Made by a program: the position numbers and the translations under genes. A DNA stretch of 51,106 bases, the filler included, from Bipalium vagum (taxonomy: Eukaryota): assembly GCA_037834085.1 (NCBI GenBank). It is 2 parts of 2 records of this genome, joined end to end, with 100 filler letters (N's around TTAATTAATTAA, not from the genome) between each part and the next. Parts side by side here need not be neighbours in the genome. Positions count along the whole stretch, not along the records: positions 1 to 24,177 come from JBBMKC010202383.1; 1 more part is not named here. One strand, given 5' to 3'. The notes below the pieces were generated by a model. That model was not told the origin of the DNA, searched no databases, and saw nothing but the letters and a program-made list of their open reading frames with translations. Of the stretch, positions 1 to 14,318 are shown in pieces; the first letter of the stretch is position 1; every line of letters starts with the position of its first letter.

Positions 1-763
1 AATTCTAATGTAAGAGTATTGTCTTCGATTTTTTATTTGTTCATATTTTGTCGCCAAGATTTTTAATTAATTTATTAAATTATTTGTCTAAAAATAAATT
101 GTTAGGTTAAATTTTATAAAAATACAAGAATTTGTTTAATACACAATTCAATATTATAAATATATTTTATTATAATATAAATAACTATCATGTAATATTT
201 TCAAATTAGAGCACAACTCTAGCAATAATGTCCCAAATTATTAAAAATTTGAACCAGATTTTGTTGTGTTTTCTTGTTTCTAGATCAGGTCTTATAGGTT
301 TTTAATTTAAAAATTTAATATTATTTAATAATTAAAATAAATTAACATGTGCAAAAATATTTTATAAAATTTAAAACCATATTTTAAATGTAATACATAA
401 AATTTAGTTCTTTTTAAATGAAAAAATGATAAAGTATATTAATTTGTTTTTTTATTTATATATTTCATATTTAGCATATTTTTGATGAAAAACTGAATAT
501 AATTTAATTTTTCTTTAATTTTTAAATAGCCTAAATAAAACTTCAATCAAATCAATATAATTTTTTTGTTTAAAATAGATTTTCTTTATTATCTAATTAA
601 GTTTTTGTTAAAATATTTCATTGAAATCACTATTTAATTAAATGTCCTTTAAATTTGAATATTTATGTTTTATTTATTTCATTAATTTAATATTAATAAT
701 CACAATAATTATTGAATTTCATTTATTTTACATTTTTGTTGTAGATTCAATAAAATATTTTAT

Positions 764-1051
764 ATGGATGATGCAAAGTGGCAAGATGAAACTGTTTGGC
801 CTTCCAATAGTTCTATTGATTGTAATTCGTTGCTAAATTATAAAAACATATTACTTATCCATTGTCCTATATGTCCATTTTTCACATACAGTTATAAACG
901 TTTGCTTGAACATTTATCTATTTCTAATCACTCGGGTTCATTAGAATGTGTATTTTATCAATGCAATGAATGTCGAAAAATTTCTACTTCCAGTTTACTT
1001 TTGAAAGAACATTTTAATGAAGAACATTCAAATTCAGCTAATAAACATTCC
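764..1051 (+). CDS. C2H2 zinc-finger protein, first coding exon
   Basis: ORF with two C2H2-like fingers (CPICPFFTYSYKRLLEHLSISNH; YQCNECRKISTSSLLLKEHFNEEH). It ends at a canonical phase-0 donor GTAAGT (1052). There is an acceptor-like TTGTAG ending at 744. Confidence 0.8.
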
Positions 1052-1269
1052 GTAAGTGTCATTAGTTTGGTTTAATAAAAATTATTTTTGGGGCGATCAA
1101 AATTTTTTGATGAATTTCGATAAATTAAATTTTTAAATTTTAATTAAATGAAAATTGATAAAATTTTCACGATTTCCTTATGAAACCTAAAGGGAAATGA
1201 CTTTGAACAGACACTTAATAAGACAATTAAAGTGAACAGCGACAATGCGAATTAATAAATCACGTTCTA

Positions 1270-2086
1270 AAATTAACATCTTAAATATAGATAGACGACG
1301 CTGCAGCAGTCATCATGTGTGTTGATACGCGTTACACATTTCTGTTCTTTCGATTATATCGCTTTCGATCTTATTTTCCATTTTACTAATAAAATTCTGG
1401 TCTAATCTTTCGTTTGAGCCATCTGTGTTTCAGTGGGTTTTTCAATCGATTTTTCCAACTGAATCAATATTTCCCTAATTCAGATGATGGGATTCAGTCT
1501 TGATTTTAAAATTTTAAAGACACAAGGTTATCTGAATACCTTTAGAAAATATTGATTAATTTTCGACTTTATCGATTTTTAAAATGTTCTTATCGACTTA
1601 TTGAATGGGATCTATGTTTGAAACTGGATTGAAAAAATTTCATCATTTTACCGAATATCTGTGTAAATCTTAGAAATGGCTTTGATGTTTTTATCAGTTT
1701 TTAAAAAATGTTTTGTTGATTTTCTGAAGAAAATATTACTGGGCTTTGTGCTTGTTATCTAAGTTATGCAACATCGATATTTTGAGCAATAAAATAAGAA
1801 TTGCGTAAGAAAAAATCGTAGATTTCAATTTTTCTCAAAGAAAAATCAATAAGGGACAAGGACAAAGAATACACATGGTCTTTATTAATTGATTTTTAAA
1901 AAATGTATTGATTGAAGCAATTAGAAAGTTAGTGGTGGCATTTACAGAGGGCTATGGAAAATTGATTTAAAAAGTCAAAAACCAATGGTACAGCACAATC
2001 GGTACATCGTACAATATATCAGTGTAGAGAATGAAAAACTAGATGATTTGATATGTTTCCAACCCTGTCCATCTTATTGGGGTTAA
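1270..2086 (+). mobile_element. Possible piggyBac-like remnant
   Basis: HRTIYQCRE* resembles the Cys-rich C-terminus, and the region ends in GGGG|TTAA. The left boundary is a guess. Confidence 0.3.
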
Positions 2087-4589
2087 CTGTTATTGTATCA
2101 TTTTGTATCATTTCTGTCTGGATATAAACCTCGTACTGTTAAATCCCTGAGAAAAAACTTCGTAGATAAGTTGGTTCTTATTTCAATGTGAAATGTATTT
2201 TGTTCACCTTGAGTTACTGCAATGGTGGCCAGTATAAAATATTTTAGTCATCTTTATGTTCAAAAGGTTTTTGGAAAAATAAGGTTTCCTAATAGATTTT
2301 ATTTGACTTTATTTCTAAATCTATGATGTTTGATTGATAAAACCATTTTTTACACATTTTCGCATAAAACTAATAAACTGAAAGTGATTTAAATAGAATT
2401 TTATTGATTTATTTTAAAATATTTTTAAAAATAATAATACCTATTATTATCATATCGATAGACTTATTTGTGAATATAATATTTATCGATTTATACATTA
2501 TTGAAATTGAAAATATTGATTTAATTAATTAATTTATTAAAATTCACTCAAAGTCAAAATTATATCAACATTTTGATGATCAAACAACATATACATATAT
2601 TAGTCTAAAAGTATGGTTTGATTAATAAATAAATTAAAGATGATTATTATTTTAAAGAATTTTTCCAGAGTTTTTATATTATCAATCAATAAATTTTTAT
2701 TCAAAATGAATTTTCATTAAATTCTAAAATTAATGTTTTTGACATAATATAGATTTTAATAGTGACATTTTATTTATAAATAATTTTTAATTAAAAATAA
2801 ATTACGTCAATAAATCTAGGATTACGTCAAAACAATTTTAAATAGATAGAATAAAATATGTAAATAATCGTATTTAAATGTTAATTTATTATTACATAAA
2901 AATTAATAATAAAATAAACAAACATTGATTTGTTATTAGAAAGAATAGATTAATTTTCTAAGATTCTATTTTTAATTTATCTTTTGTTTAAATAAATTAT
3001 CGGAAAAAAGAATTTTGCATTTTTAATGAAAAGAATAGGAAAACAGGAAATTAACGTGACTAATAATTATAGTAATAATAATATTAATAATTATTATTAT
3101 TTTATAATTTGGTCATTTTATTAATACATTTGTTATTTATATTATTCATTTTCATTATCATTATAAGTACCATTGTTATTGTAATAATATTCATAATAAC
3201 AATAATAGGACAAATGATGATGATAATGATAGTATTAGTAGTAAAAATAATGAAAATAATGATAATAATTAAAATTTATAACAAAGGTATCGTTTCTTAT
3301 TGAATAGTTGTCAGATTTACTCGACGGCTTGGTTACTATTGATATGCTAACATAGTTTAGGCAGCTTTATTTAATGGTGGATCTATTAAAATTATTTTTT
3401 TACCATGAAGCTCATGAAAAAACTGAATTTTTCTTAAAATGATTTTTAAATAATTTTCAGGAGACAAATTAATTAGAAAAAATCGCAGAACAATAAAAGG
3501 ATTTGGGAATAAAAAAATTAAATATATAAAAATTGATTTTGAAAAAGTAATGTAAATTATTATTTTATAAAAATATAATAAATAAAAAAAGTAATAATGA
3601 TTAATTATTAATAAAAAATAGTAAAAATAATCATTTTAAGAAATTTGATATTAGTAATATTAATGTTTATAATAATAAAGAAATTCATAATAATTTAGAT
3701 TATTTGAAAAATATTGTCAAACTTCTTCATTTCTATAAAATTTCTAAAATCATTTTTATTACCGTCTACATCACTTTGATGTTTATTATTTTATTGATAT
3801 TTTATATTATATCAACATTTTATTTATTAATAAAACTTGAGATTGAACAAAACGATTTTTATTGAGGATAGTATTAAATTTATAATTTATGTTTGTTTTT
3901 GAATTAAATAATTTTTATCTCTTAATAAAATTTCACTTCAAAAAGATACCGATCACAAATTGAATAAATACGTTTCGGTCACAAAGTTCTCATTTCATAA
4001 CAACGCGGATAATTTATAAGAATTTTATTTTAGGCATTTTTTTAAAAAAATAATTCTGAAAGAGATATTTGTAAGTTTTTTTTAAAAAGGAATTTAATGA
4101 GTAAAAATTTACTTTGCTTGTTTAATGTTTGGTATTGTTAGGATGATCTTAAAACAAAGAAAAAAAGAAAATCCGAAACTCGAAAATGAATTTTAAAATG
4201 GTATTTTGTGTTAGAATATTGTTGTGGTAATACCAGAGACAGTGATATCGATTTAATATTTATTATTTATTTTTAATTTAATTTTTTAGATGTTCAAAGT
4301 CATTTCACGTTAGAGTTTAAAAAAACTTCTTATAAATTCTCTGCAAAACATATGATCGATATCATCTTTATCTAGTTATCCATTGTAGTACTGTCGTTTT
4401 CATTGTTTTCTACACCCTTTTATAAAAAAACAACACTACCAGTCTTAATAATGGACAGCATTATAAAAACAAATATAAGATTAATTGTCGACAATTTAAT
4501 CAGAATCTTAAAAGTGAAATTACAATTTTTGTTCTTATTTGTAACTATTACAATATTTATCTTTACGGATTGGTATTCATTTAAGTAAT

Positions 4590-4900
4590 AATTTCCCATA
4601 ATACCGATTTTGTTGGGAAGCGGCATCGCGAATGGACAGGAGGTCCGACCAGAATAAGATAATAAATAATTTTTTATTCACAGATGAAATAAAATGGTAA
4701 CAATGCACGATAGTCTTATTAATTAATTTGACCAATTTCTTTTCCGAACTCCATGGAGTTTTTTGTAATTTTAAATATAGTCTCATTTTTATTATGATTT
4801 TTAAGGTTTCATCAAAAAATATTTTCTGGGATTTAAACTATCTTCCATATTTAGTGAATTCAACAAAAATGTTGAATACTAATAAATTCTCCTTAAAATT
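4590..4900 (+). mobile_element. Tc1/mariner-like fragment
   Basis: RFCWEA...NNFLFTDEIKW resembles the first catalytic-Asp region. Confidence 0.35.
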
Positions 4901-5155
4901 CCGATTTTGAAAGCAGGTCGTAAACAAATTTATTCATAAAAATATTTTTAAGATTATTAAAACGGAAAACTAAAATAAAGTCACTGTTATTCAAAATCTA
5001 TTTTTATTAAATACAATTTTTAAAAAAAAAGTCTTATAATATTCAAAAATAATAATATTTAAAATATCTTTTTAATGTGTTTGAGCTAGAGGAGTTTTCT
5101 ATCCATTAATACAAAAGGTCAGAAAATTTCTTGCTTGAATTATTATAATTATTTA

Positions 5156-5203
<48 letters not shown>

Positions 5204-5220
5204 TATTATTATTATTATTA
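5156..5220. repeat. (AAT)n(ATT)n palindromic microsatellite
   Basis: About 16 AAT units followed directly by about 6 complementary units. Confidence 0.95.
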
Positions 5221-8200
5221 TATAATTAATTACTAGTTGTTGTATTATTGAAATTTTCTGCCTTTAAAAATGTAGCATGTAAAATATCAGAAATATATAG
5301 AAACAATGTTAGAAAGAAAATTATGAAATATCGATTATTTTTTATTTTAGATCTATAGATGAGTGGTGAAAATTTAAAATAAATTAAAAAATCATTCATT
5401 TTTTTATTAGAGAATACAAAAAATTTGTTTATAATTTAATTAACTAATAAATAATAAATAACTAATTAAAATACATATTAATTATTATTTTATTTCATTA
5501 AATTAATTTAATGTAATTTTTTATTAATTTTTTTTCTTTTTTTTGCCCATTTTTTAGATATTTTAATTACAATCTATTTGTTATTCAAATTATTCTCACT
5601 CGTAATACGTATTATTTTTGTAAAGGTTTTAATGATAATATTGAATAATGGAAAATCCTTTCGCTCTTATTAGAGCAAAATCCTGAAGAAAATAAATATA
5701 TCTTGAAGCAGCAGAAAATTACATTTTACATTTTCAACAATAATCACACGATACGGAAAGGGATGATTGTTTCGTGACAATAAAAGAACAAAACAAAAAT
5801 AAACAGATAAAATGTAAAATACATTGAATGGTGAGAGATAAAATCAAATTCATCACCATAATTATTTTTCCATAAGGGATACAATTTTCGTTTTAGAGAT
5901 TGTGTGATGCTTTGGGAAACATTTAACGTGAAAGGTCAATAAAATTTGTCTTGAGTTCATTAATTTTTTATGAAAATAAATAAAGTTATTTTAAAAATTA
6001 GTATGAAGAAATTTGTCTTTTGTCCTACTTTATTTTAATAATATTAATCTAAAACAAAATTTATTTTCACAATAGTTTTTAATAGTTGATATTTAAGAAT
6101 GTTACACATATATGTCGAGTTTTAAAGCGAATCTGATAAGAAATTGTGTAGAATTTTATGTGAAGTCTCCATTTTTCCCCAATAAAATTAAATCCATCAT
6201 TATATTACAATTTGTACAAACGGGAAGTCTATTTCTTTCTAACCCTTCTCTATAACAATAGTCATTATTCATGAAATACATAATAGTGTTTTGCAATTTT
6301 CATTTTCTTTCTCTTCTCTCTATTGTTAATTTGACATTGGTCGATTGAAAATAATATAAAGTTTTCATATTATATACGTCACCAAACATGTTTAGTTTTA
6401 GTAATCATTTTTTTATTTTTTATATTCATTGCAGAAAACTATGGGATTAAATCATTTATAATTTTTGTTGCTATGGTGATTTTCAGATGAGGCTGTTCAT
6501 ATTTTATAATTTATATTATGTATATTATATTTATATATTTTATATTTTATAACAGCTTTCGAAAAACTTGAAAAATATTATTTAAATTTTTTTAATAATT
6601 TCTCAAATATTGATTATTGTTATTGAATTATTTATAATAATTACGATATATTGTCTTTCTACAACACTGATAGTCAATTCTTATCTTTTCTCGACACTAC
6701 TTACACCTTTATTTATATCTTATATCTATTACGATTTGTGGGCCTTAATATATATTGTTTTAAAAAGTTTTATTGATTTTTTCATTGCACCTAAAATATA
6801 TATTTGATGCTTTATATTATTCTTTTCTTATTTGTATTTTATTCTTTATTAGAAACAGTCTATTGAGTGGAAGTAATAAATAAATTCTGTGAATAATAGT
6901 TGTTTATTTAGTTATTACTCCACAGATTCTTATACTTTCAAGATTCAAAAGCATTTAGAAAAGTAGTAGTAAACTTTATAAACATAGTTTTCGTCATTAA
7001 TAATATATATTCATACATATTTAAAAAGTTTATAAATTCCTTCCAATATTACATAAAAAATTCGAGATTGTTTGCAAGTTACATTTAATGAAGCAGCACA
7101 TTGCTTTTATTCTTTCAATAACATTTGCAATTTATCATCTTCAAACGTTCAGAAAGTGCGTTTTTATGAATTTTGTTTCGTTATCTGAAATACAAAATAT
7201 AATATACATATAAACTTTCTTTAAAATTGTAAATAGTTTATGTTTAAGCAGTAGTTCAGATAAACAACAGCACAAATGGCAATAATTCCTTTATTAACAA
7301 AAATAATCAGCTAATATCTCTGTAATACTTGTACACCTTATATATCCTCAAGGATTAGGCCATAATTAATTTTTTGGTGAATATCATTTTCAATTTTTAC
7401 AATCAACGAAAAGGATGAGTTTCAATATCAAATTGTCTTCTTGTATTCATTTTTTATCTAATTCAATTTTGCTTCCTAAGTGGCTTGCAATCTCTATTAT
7501 TAGATGAATTAAAGCCATTATATTTCGTAGTCTAGGTCCACAACGTTTTACAATTAAAAATCTTCAAAAATTAATTAAATTAAAATTTTCTAATTTTGCA
7601 TAAAATTTTATCTATTTCAGCACTGATGTATTCACATTTGATAATAATAAAAAATGAATATAGCTTCAATTTATCAGACTGAAACTGTATAAGATTTTAC
7701 AAAGATCAATAAGGATAGTTCTTCACTTTCTTTTTAGATATATCATTTCCTATAATTTTTATTAATCATTTCTGAATTTTTATGATCAGGAATTTTTAAT
7801 CCATTTAGTAAAATTAATAAAAAAAATTAATAAAAAATTAAAAAATCACTCTATAACAGATAAGGACTTTATATTTACTAATTATATTGTTTATTTTCAA
7901 AAGTAGTTCACAAAATATTGATAATAAATAATAATAAGTTCATAATGAAAATTCCATGAAAAGAAAATTAAATCGGCTTATTTATTAATTGTAATTAAAT
8001 AAAAAAATAAAAAACATTGTAATTATTTCTGCATTTTACAGTATTCTTTCTACAATCTTTATCGACTAAGTATTAAGGTAAAGTATTTTTTTTAGGATTT
8101 TTTCTGAAAATAATTGTTTAAGATATGAATAATTAAATATGGCAATAGTAATAATAATAATAATATTAAATTAAAATTTAAAAAATAAAAACTGACACAA

Positions 8201-8899
8201 CTTTTCGTTCTGAGATTCTGTAAAAATAAAAGTATATTGAATATGTTTAAAAAGGATTTAAATTCGTCAAGGAAACAGAATTCCAATTAAAATCAATCTT
8301 ATGAAAAATGAAGCTCCTCTGAAAATATCCAGTTAATTAATAGTAATATTTATTTTTTATTAATTATTTCTGACAAAGGAATTGTTTCATTAGAATTTTT
8401 CAAATTTGAATTGAACATTTTGTGAAAGTTTTATTTTGCAGACAGGTGAGAATATTAAGTGGAGATTTGAGGTCTCCTAAAATTTCAACTTTTTATTTTT
8501 GATATGCTTAAAAATATTTAAAAAGTATATTCTACAATTAATGTCAAGGTTTTTTGCAGTTTATTTTATGCAACGAAGTCCGCCATTTTTAAAAAAATAA
8601 TTATGTTCTTTTCATAAAATCTTTTGATTTAAGAACATATTTTGAGACTCATTTAAAAAAAGGTTCTTATATTCTATAAAATATTTCAGCTTGAGTAATA
8701 TATAAAGAATATATATATAATAGTATTTAGCTATATTAACTATATAATAGTATTCAGCTATATAAACGTTTTTCCAAAAGCAAGGAAACAATTGTTTTGC
8801 CTATCAATTTTTTAGCAAACTATATTTTATATAAATTAAAAAATTTATTAAATTACTTAAAGTAGGTTTTGTTTAAATTATATATTTATTAAAAATAGG

Positions 8900-9710
8900 A
8901 TAGATATGCATATGAATCTTGATATGAAAATTGACATTATTCGATGTTATTACACAAATTCGAATTCTCCTTCAACTGCAATTAGATAAATCAAGAGGGA
9001 AAGAAATTTAATGAAAACCCCATTCACCTACTTAGCAGTAACCAAACCTATTCGGAAATTTGAGACAACTGACAGTGTACTCAATGTACCTCATGGTTGG
9101 CTTTTTTGGTCAGTCAACGTAAAACAGTTATTAAAGATGCATTAGATGACGCCCTTTTAGTAGATTATCCATGGAAAATAATATTCCACCAACATAGATT
9201 CAAAGAATATTGAAAGTTGAGAAGTTGAAGCCTTATAAAATAAAACTGCTGCATGAGTTAAAAACAATATATTAATAGGATAGAGTTAAATTATGGAACC
9301 ATTTTTCATCAATGAAACAATAAATAAGAAAAATTACCTTGAAATGATGAAAAATGTAGTTCGGTTTCAACTTATAAAAAGAAAATTAATGAAATCAATG
9401 TACTCCATGCAGGCTGGAGCATCCCCGCATTATACCATGATGTTCGAAAATTTTTAAATGAAACATATGGTCCGCCTTCTTGTTCACCAGACCTGATACC
9501 AGTAGATTATTGGTTTTGGGATTTACTGAAGCCAAGAGTTTTCCATTACAAAACATCAAAAAACATTGGTACTGGAAAACCGAATAAAAGAAGAACGTTG
9601 TCCTTTTACTCTCTAAGAGCTACAAATTCCAATATTGTCCCTCCAATGACGAATTTATTTTATGCTATCTGTTGAAGGAAAGAATTTTGAGAACATGCCA
9701 TTCGACTTAT
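8900..9710 (+). mobile_element. Decayed rosa-like (DD41D-type) Tc1/mariner transposase
   Basis: PFFINETINKKNYLEMM, MQAGASPH and PPSCSPDLIPVDYWFWDLLKPRV resemble QQDGAPPH...WPPRSPDLTPLDFFLWG. Ends are approximate. Confidence 0.7.
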
Positions 9711-10324
9711 CAAATGCATTATTTTTCATTAATAATCTGAGTTTTTGCCTATTATTTTTTTCGTTTACTTTTTTCCTTGGTTTTGGAACAACCTATATAA
9801 TAAATTCTTTTTGGTATTTAAGATTTATAAAAATTATCTGCTTTTAATAATATAATTAGCGAGAAGAGAAACGCAATTTTATTTTAAATAATTCATAATC
9901 AACATGATTGCCAAAGGTTATTTTATTTTCTCAGTTATTAAGGGAAAATAAATTGTTGACGTAATACATTAAAATCTTTTACAATAAAAATATTTTCTGG
10001 TTGAAAATAAATGCTTTGATTTCGGTTATTGATCATTTCTTATATTGATTATTATTTTTGACGAACTTAAAAAGATAGTTTTCTTATTTTGTCTTTATAT
10101 ATGTATATTACTGCTTAAAATTAAAGATTTCGTGAATTTTCATTTTATATATTTCAACGAATGGTAACATTTACAAAAATATAAAAATATTTCTTTATTG
10201 AAAAAATATTTATTTGACCTGAGCAGATTAAAATATTTTATTTCTATTTATTAATCAAGTAGGCGATTATGTTGAAAGAAGCGAAATATTGAGTAATTTA
10301 TATAAATTTTTTAAAGAAATGCTA

Positions 10325-10327
<3 letters not shown>

Positions 10328-10376
<49 letters not shown>
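10328..10376. repeat. (ATT)n microsatellite
   Basis: Perfect triplet run. Confidence 0.95.
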
Positions 10377-10378
<2 letters not shown>

Positions 10379-13300
10379 TGAAAATTGATATAAGTGAAAT
10401 CTTATTAATTATACATGATGTAATTATAAATTTCATTTTACTAATTTAATGTAATAATTATTTAATATAATAATAATTTAAAACAAAATATTACCCATTG
10501 AAAATCGATGATTTTATTGATAAATTTTACAATACTAATTATATTCAGTGTTACAGAAATGATTTCAAAATGTAGAAGCAATTATATACTTAATTTTTAT
10601 CTTTTTTGAAAATATTTATTCTATACTTTACATTAGTGTCTTCGTTTAAAACCTTGAACTAAGAATAAAAAACGAAGTCCTTCATATTAACTATTACACT
10701 AAAATTCATGCATCTTTAATATATTTATCTATAATGATTTTATAAACATGGAACAAACAGTCTGGATTTTTCCTACTCTTTCTATGAGACCAAAAGGAAC
10801 CAATATTTTTTCACCACATTAAATTAATTAAAATAAATTAAATTATTTCTGCAATAATTTTTTTTATCCTCCATTTGATGAGTTTGCATTGTTAATTTTC
10901 CAAATATCTTAATGTTTTTCTGAAAGATATTTAGGGAAATTGTGAAAATCAATCCTTCTCAATTGAAAGGGTATAATTAAGTATTTGTTTATTTCATTTT
11001 GAAATGGTTTTAACATAAATGTTTTTGATATAGAATAATTTTTTATTGGACCAACTTTTGTTTGAGATATAAAATCAATATAAATAAACAAAAATATTAA
11101 AAAAATATTTATGTAAATTTAATGAAAATTATTTTTAAGAAAAATCAATATATGACTGTCGAAATGTTGGATTATAGCAAGCGAAAACGTTTTTCAATGA
11201 AAAATAGAAAATATAATTATTAAATCGCGTTGGAAAAATTATTTATTCATATTGTTTATGCTATAAAATTGCCATTCGTTATTTTATATTTTAATAATTA
11301 ATCTACGGATTTCATTTCCCTTAAGATTCTGGAAACAATAAAATTAAATTAATGATATTTCTTAATCAAGAAAAATATTTTTATCGATAATTTATTTCAT
11401 AATTTTGAATAAGGGGTTGCATGTCCCGTAAAATTATAAATTAATACTTTTTGATTTGATGATGAGAAATAATGTGGGATTTAGCAAAATGAAGGAAATA
11501 TAAAAACAGATTAAATAATCTACTCTAACTATTTTGAAAATTGGAAAATTACTCAGTTCTAGTTATAATAGTACATTTTATATAATTGTTTTTTATTATT
11601 GTTTCTTATTTAATAATAAATTATGAAACTGTTTTCCATTTACAGAAAAATGGTCTCAGTTTTTAAAACGAACACTCCTTGGAAACGTATGTTTCACAAC
11701 ATATTTCTTTATTTTAAATAATAAAATTGTTTAAATCATAGGCCTTTTGATGCAGAGTAATGTTCCAAAGATTCTGTATTTTCTCATTTATTTTTAATTC
11801 TTTTCTACATAATTTGACTCACAGAAAAATATAAAGAAAAGTTTTTTGAATTAATAGTTAAAATAAAATTCTAAAATAATTCTGAGATTAAATAAAAGAT
11901 GGATAATTTATTCATTCGATAGTATTAATCAATACTAATATTATCAATTTTGAAAATTCAATAATTTTTTCAATGTTATAATGAAAAATTTGATTATTTT
12001 CTTTAAAAATATTATCTCTATTTAATTTTTAAAATCTTCTCTTTCGTTTCATCACATGGTACCGTAACAGTGGTCAATAATACATCTGATAATGTAGGCA
12101 GCACTCTTCCATGTGTTATTATAATAACCTATTTTCTTATATTTTTGATACAATTTAATTGTTTCCTGACAATTTTTATACTGACAACAGACAGACAGAA
12201 AATAAATTTAAATCTCAGAAAGTATTTTATACAAGAATAAAATTTTTTGAAATATGAAATTAAATAAAAATAATATTAAAAACCACGATAAGATTTTTCA
12301 TATTCATTTATTGATAGAAGAGTTCAAAATTATGATAAATAATAAAATTATTACGTTTAGTATACTTAGAATCAATTTTTAAAAATATTTATATTGAAAT
12401 AGAATGTAATTTATTTAATTTATTTTAGTTTAATGATTAATCTTGTAATTAGTTTTCTAAAATCTTATAATATTTACATTATTAAAATAATGATGTTTAT
12501 TATATATAAGCCGATAAATAATAATTAATTATAATAGATAGTGACAATAAAAAAATCAATAATGTTTGAGTTGTGACTTATATTTTGAAAAAATACCAAT
12601 TTATGTTTAAACTAGAAAAATTAAGTCTATTGATTGTGTGGTCGTTTTTTATGGGTCATATAGATAATTGTAATTTGTAAACCAAAACTATTTGAAATAA
12701 AATCTATAAAATACATCAATTAATTAAGTTAATTAATCAACTATAATCTATAAAATTTATTAATTATTGATATCAAACTATTGTCTTTTATTGATAAAAT
12801 GTACAAGCAAAATGCCAATAATTTAATTTTCATTTTTTTAATCATAATTAAAAATGTTAATAATACATTATTTGCAAAATTTTAATTAATCAAAATTTCT
12901 AATAGAAAATGAATTAAAAATAATTATTATTTGTACTTTTTATAACAGAGGATCATTTTTAAAATTCTTATTTTTATAATTAATGTAATATCTAATTATA
13001 ATTTGTGTTTATTTAGTTGATATTTATATTAAAATCGATATTAATTTTCTTACTTTTAATAAATTTAAAAATTGTTAATTTTTAGGAATAATAATTTTTA
13101 TTATTAATATTAATATTTGATTAATTTTATTATATTTTGCAAATAGAACATTCAATAGTTTTTCCAGAATAAAAGCTTCAATATTGATTTCGAAGTGATA
13201 AAAAAACATTATACTAATATATATATTAAAACATTATATTTGTGAGAAATGTAATATATTAAATTTATCATATAAAAAAGTCCATTGAGCTTTTTGTAAT

Positions 13301-14256
13301 CTTAATAAAAAAGAAATTATTATATTTTTAATGTTATTATTCCATGAATATATTAGTACACCATTATTATTATAAAAAAAATGCAAGTAACGAACGCTAT
13401 TCCTTACATTTGCGTTAATGATGCCAATAATAAAAATTTCATTTCAGATCGATATTTTACACTTTTGTATAAACAAATAAGAAATAAGAAGTAATATTAA
13501 AACATAAAATGGAGAAATAATAATTTTAAATGTTATAAAACATAAATAAAAAAATATTATTTAACTATTTTTTGAAAAAATAATCTTGAGTCAAATTTTT
13601 GTTAATTATCGATAAAATATTTAAGCTAATTGAAACGATTATTTCACAATACTTAAAAAATCACTTGGTTTAGGGAAATTTAAATCATTAAAATATATTA
13701 AGGCAATCATTTGGGGATTTTATTTGTGAGAATTGGGTTTTCAATTTTTATGTTAAATATCGACGAAATAATAATAGTTTTCTTATTAAAAATTAATTAT
13801 TAATTACATTGAAATAATATTTTTTGTTTTATAATTAAGCTTTTGAGATTATTGAAAGCAATTAATTGAAATATAAAATACAAGTAAATTATATATAAAA
13901 ATATAATTTAGTGAAAGCTGTCTGAATTTGATGCTTACTTATAAATATTCAGCTTATCATAAGTAAAGCAACGTGAAAAGTATGTTTGAGAAAGATTTGC
14001 AAATGTTTTATAATTTTTGATTATTTAGTTAAAAATGGAAAGAATGATTTTCAATGCCCCATTCTCAATTTATATTGAATTGCTAGCTTAAAGTATACCT
14101 TTAGAATTATTCTTCTGTTGTTTTTGGCTTATAAAGATGAAAAATAATTATTAAATTTTCTCCAAATTCCCCTTTCTAATTTTTTTTCTGCAAATTAAAC
14201 AGATTTAAAATTTTTTAGGATATCACACATTTTTAAAGTATTTATTATATTCGATA

Positions 14257-14316
<60 letters not shown>
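14257..14316. repeat. (ATT)n microsatellite
   Basis: Perfect triplet run. Confidence 0.95.

Positions 14317-14318
<2 letters not shown>

Noticed and set aside
3109-3303. Hydrophobic Ile-rich short ORFs (also 642, 6610, 8092, 16103, 18302, 32796, 45542 and others)
   Set aside because: These are by-products of AT-rich low-complexity and (ATT)n DNA, with no homology or splice support.
12053-12118. CACATGG...CCATGTG inverted repeat as a miRNA or snoRNA
   Set aside because: Only a 7-bp outer stem, with poor internal pairing and no box motifs.
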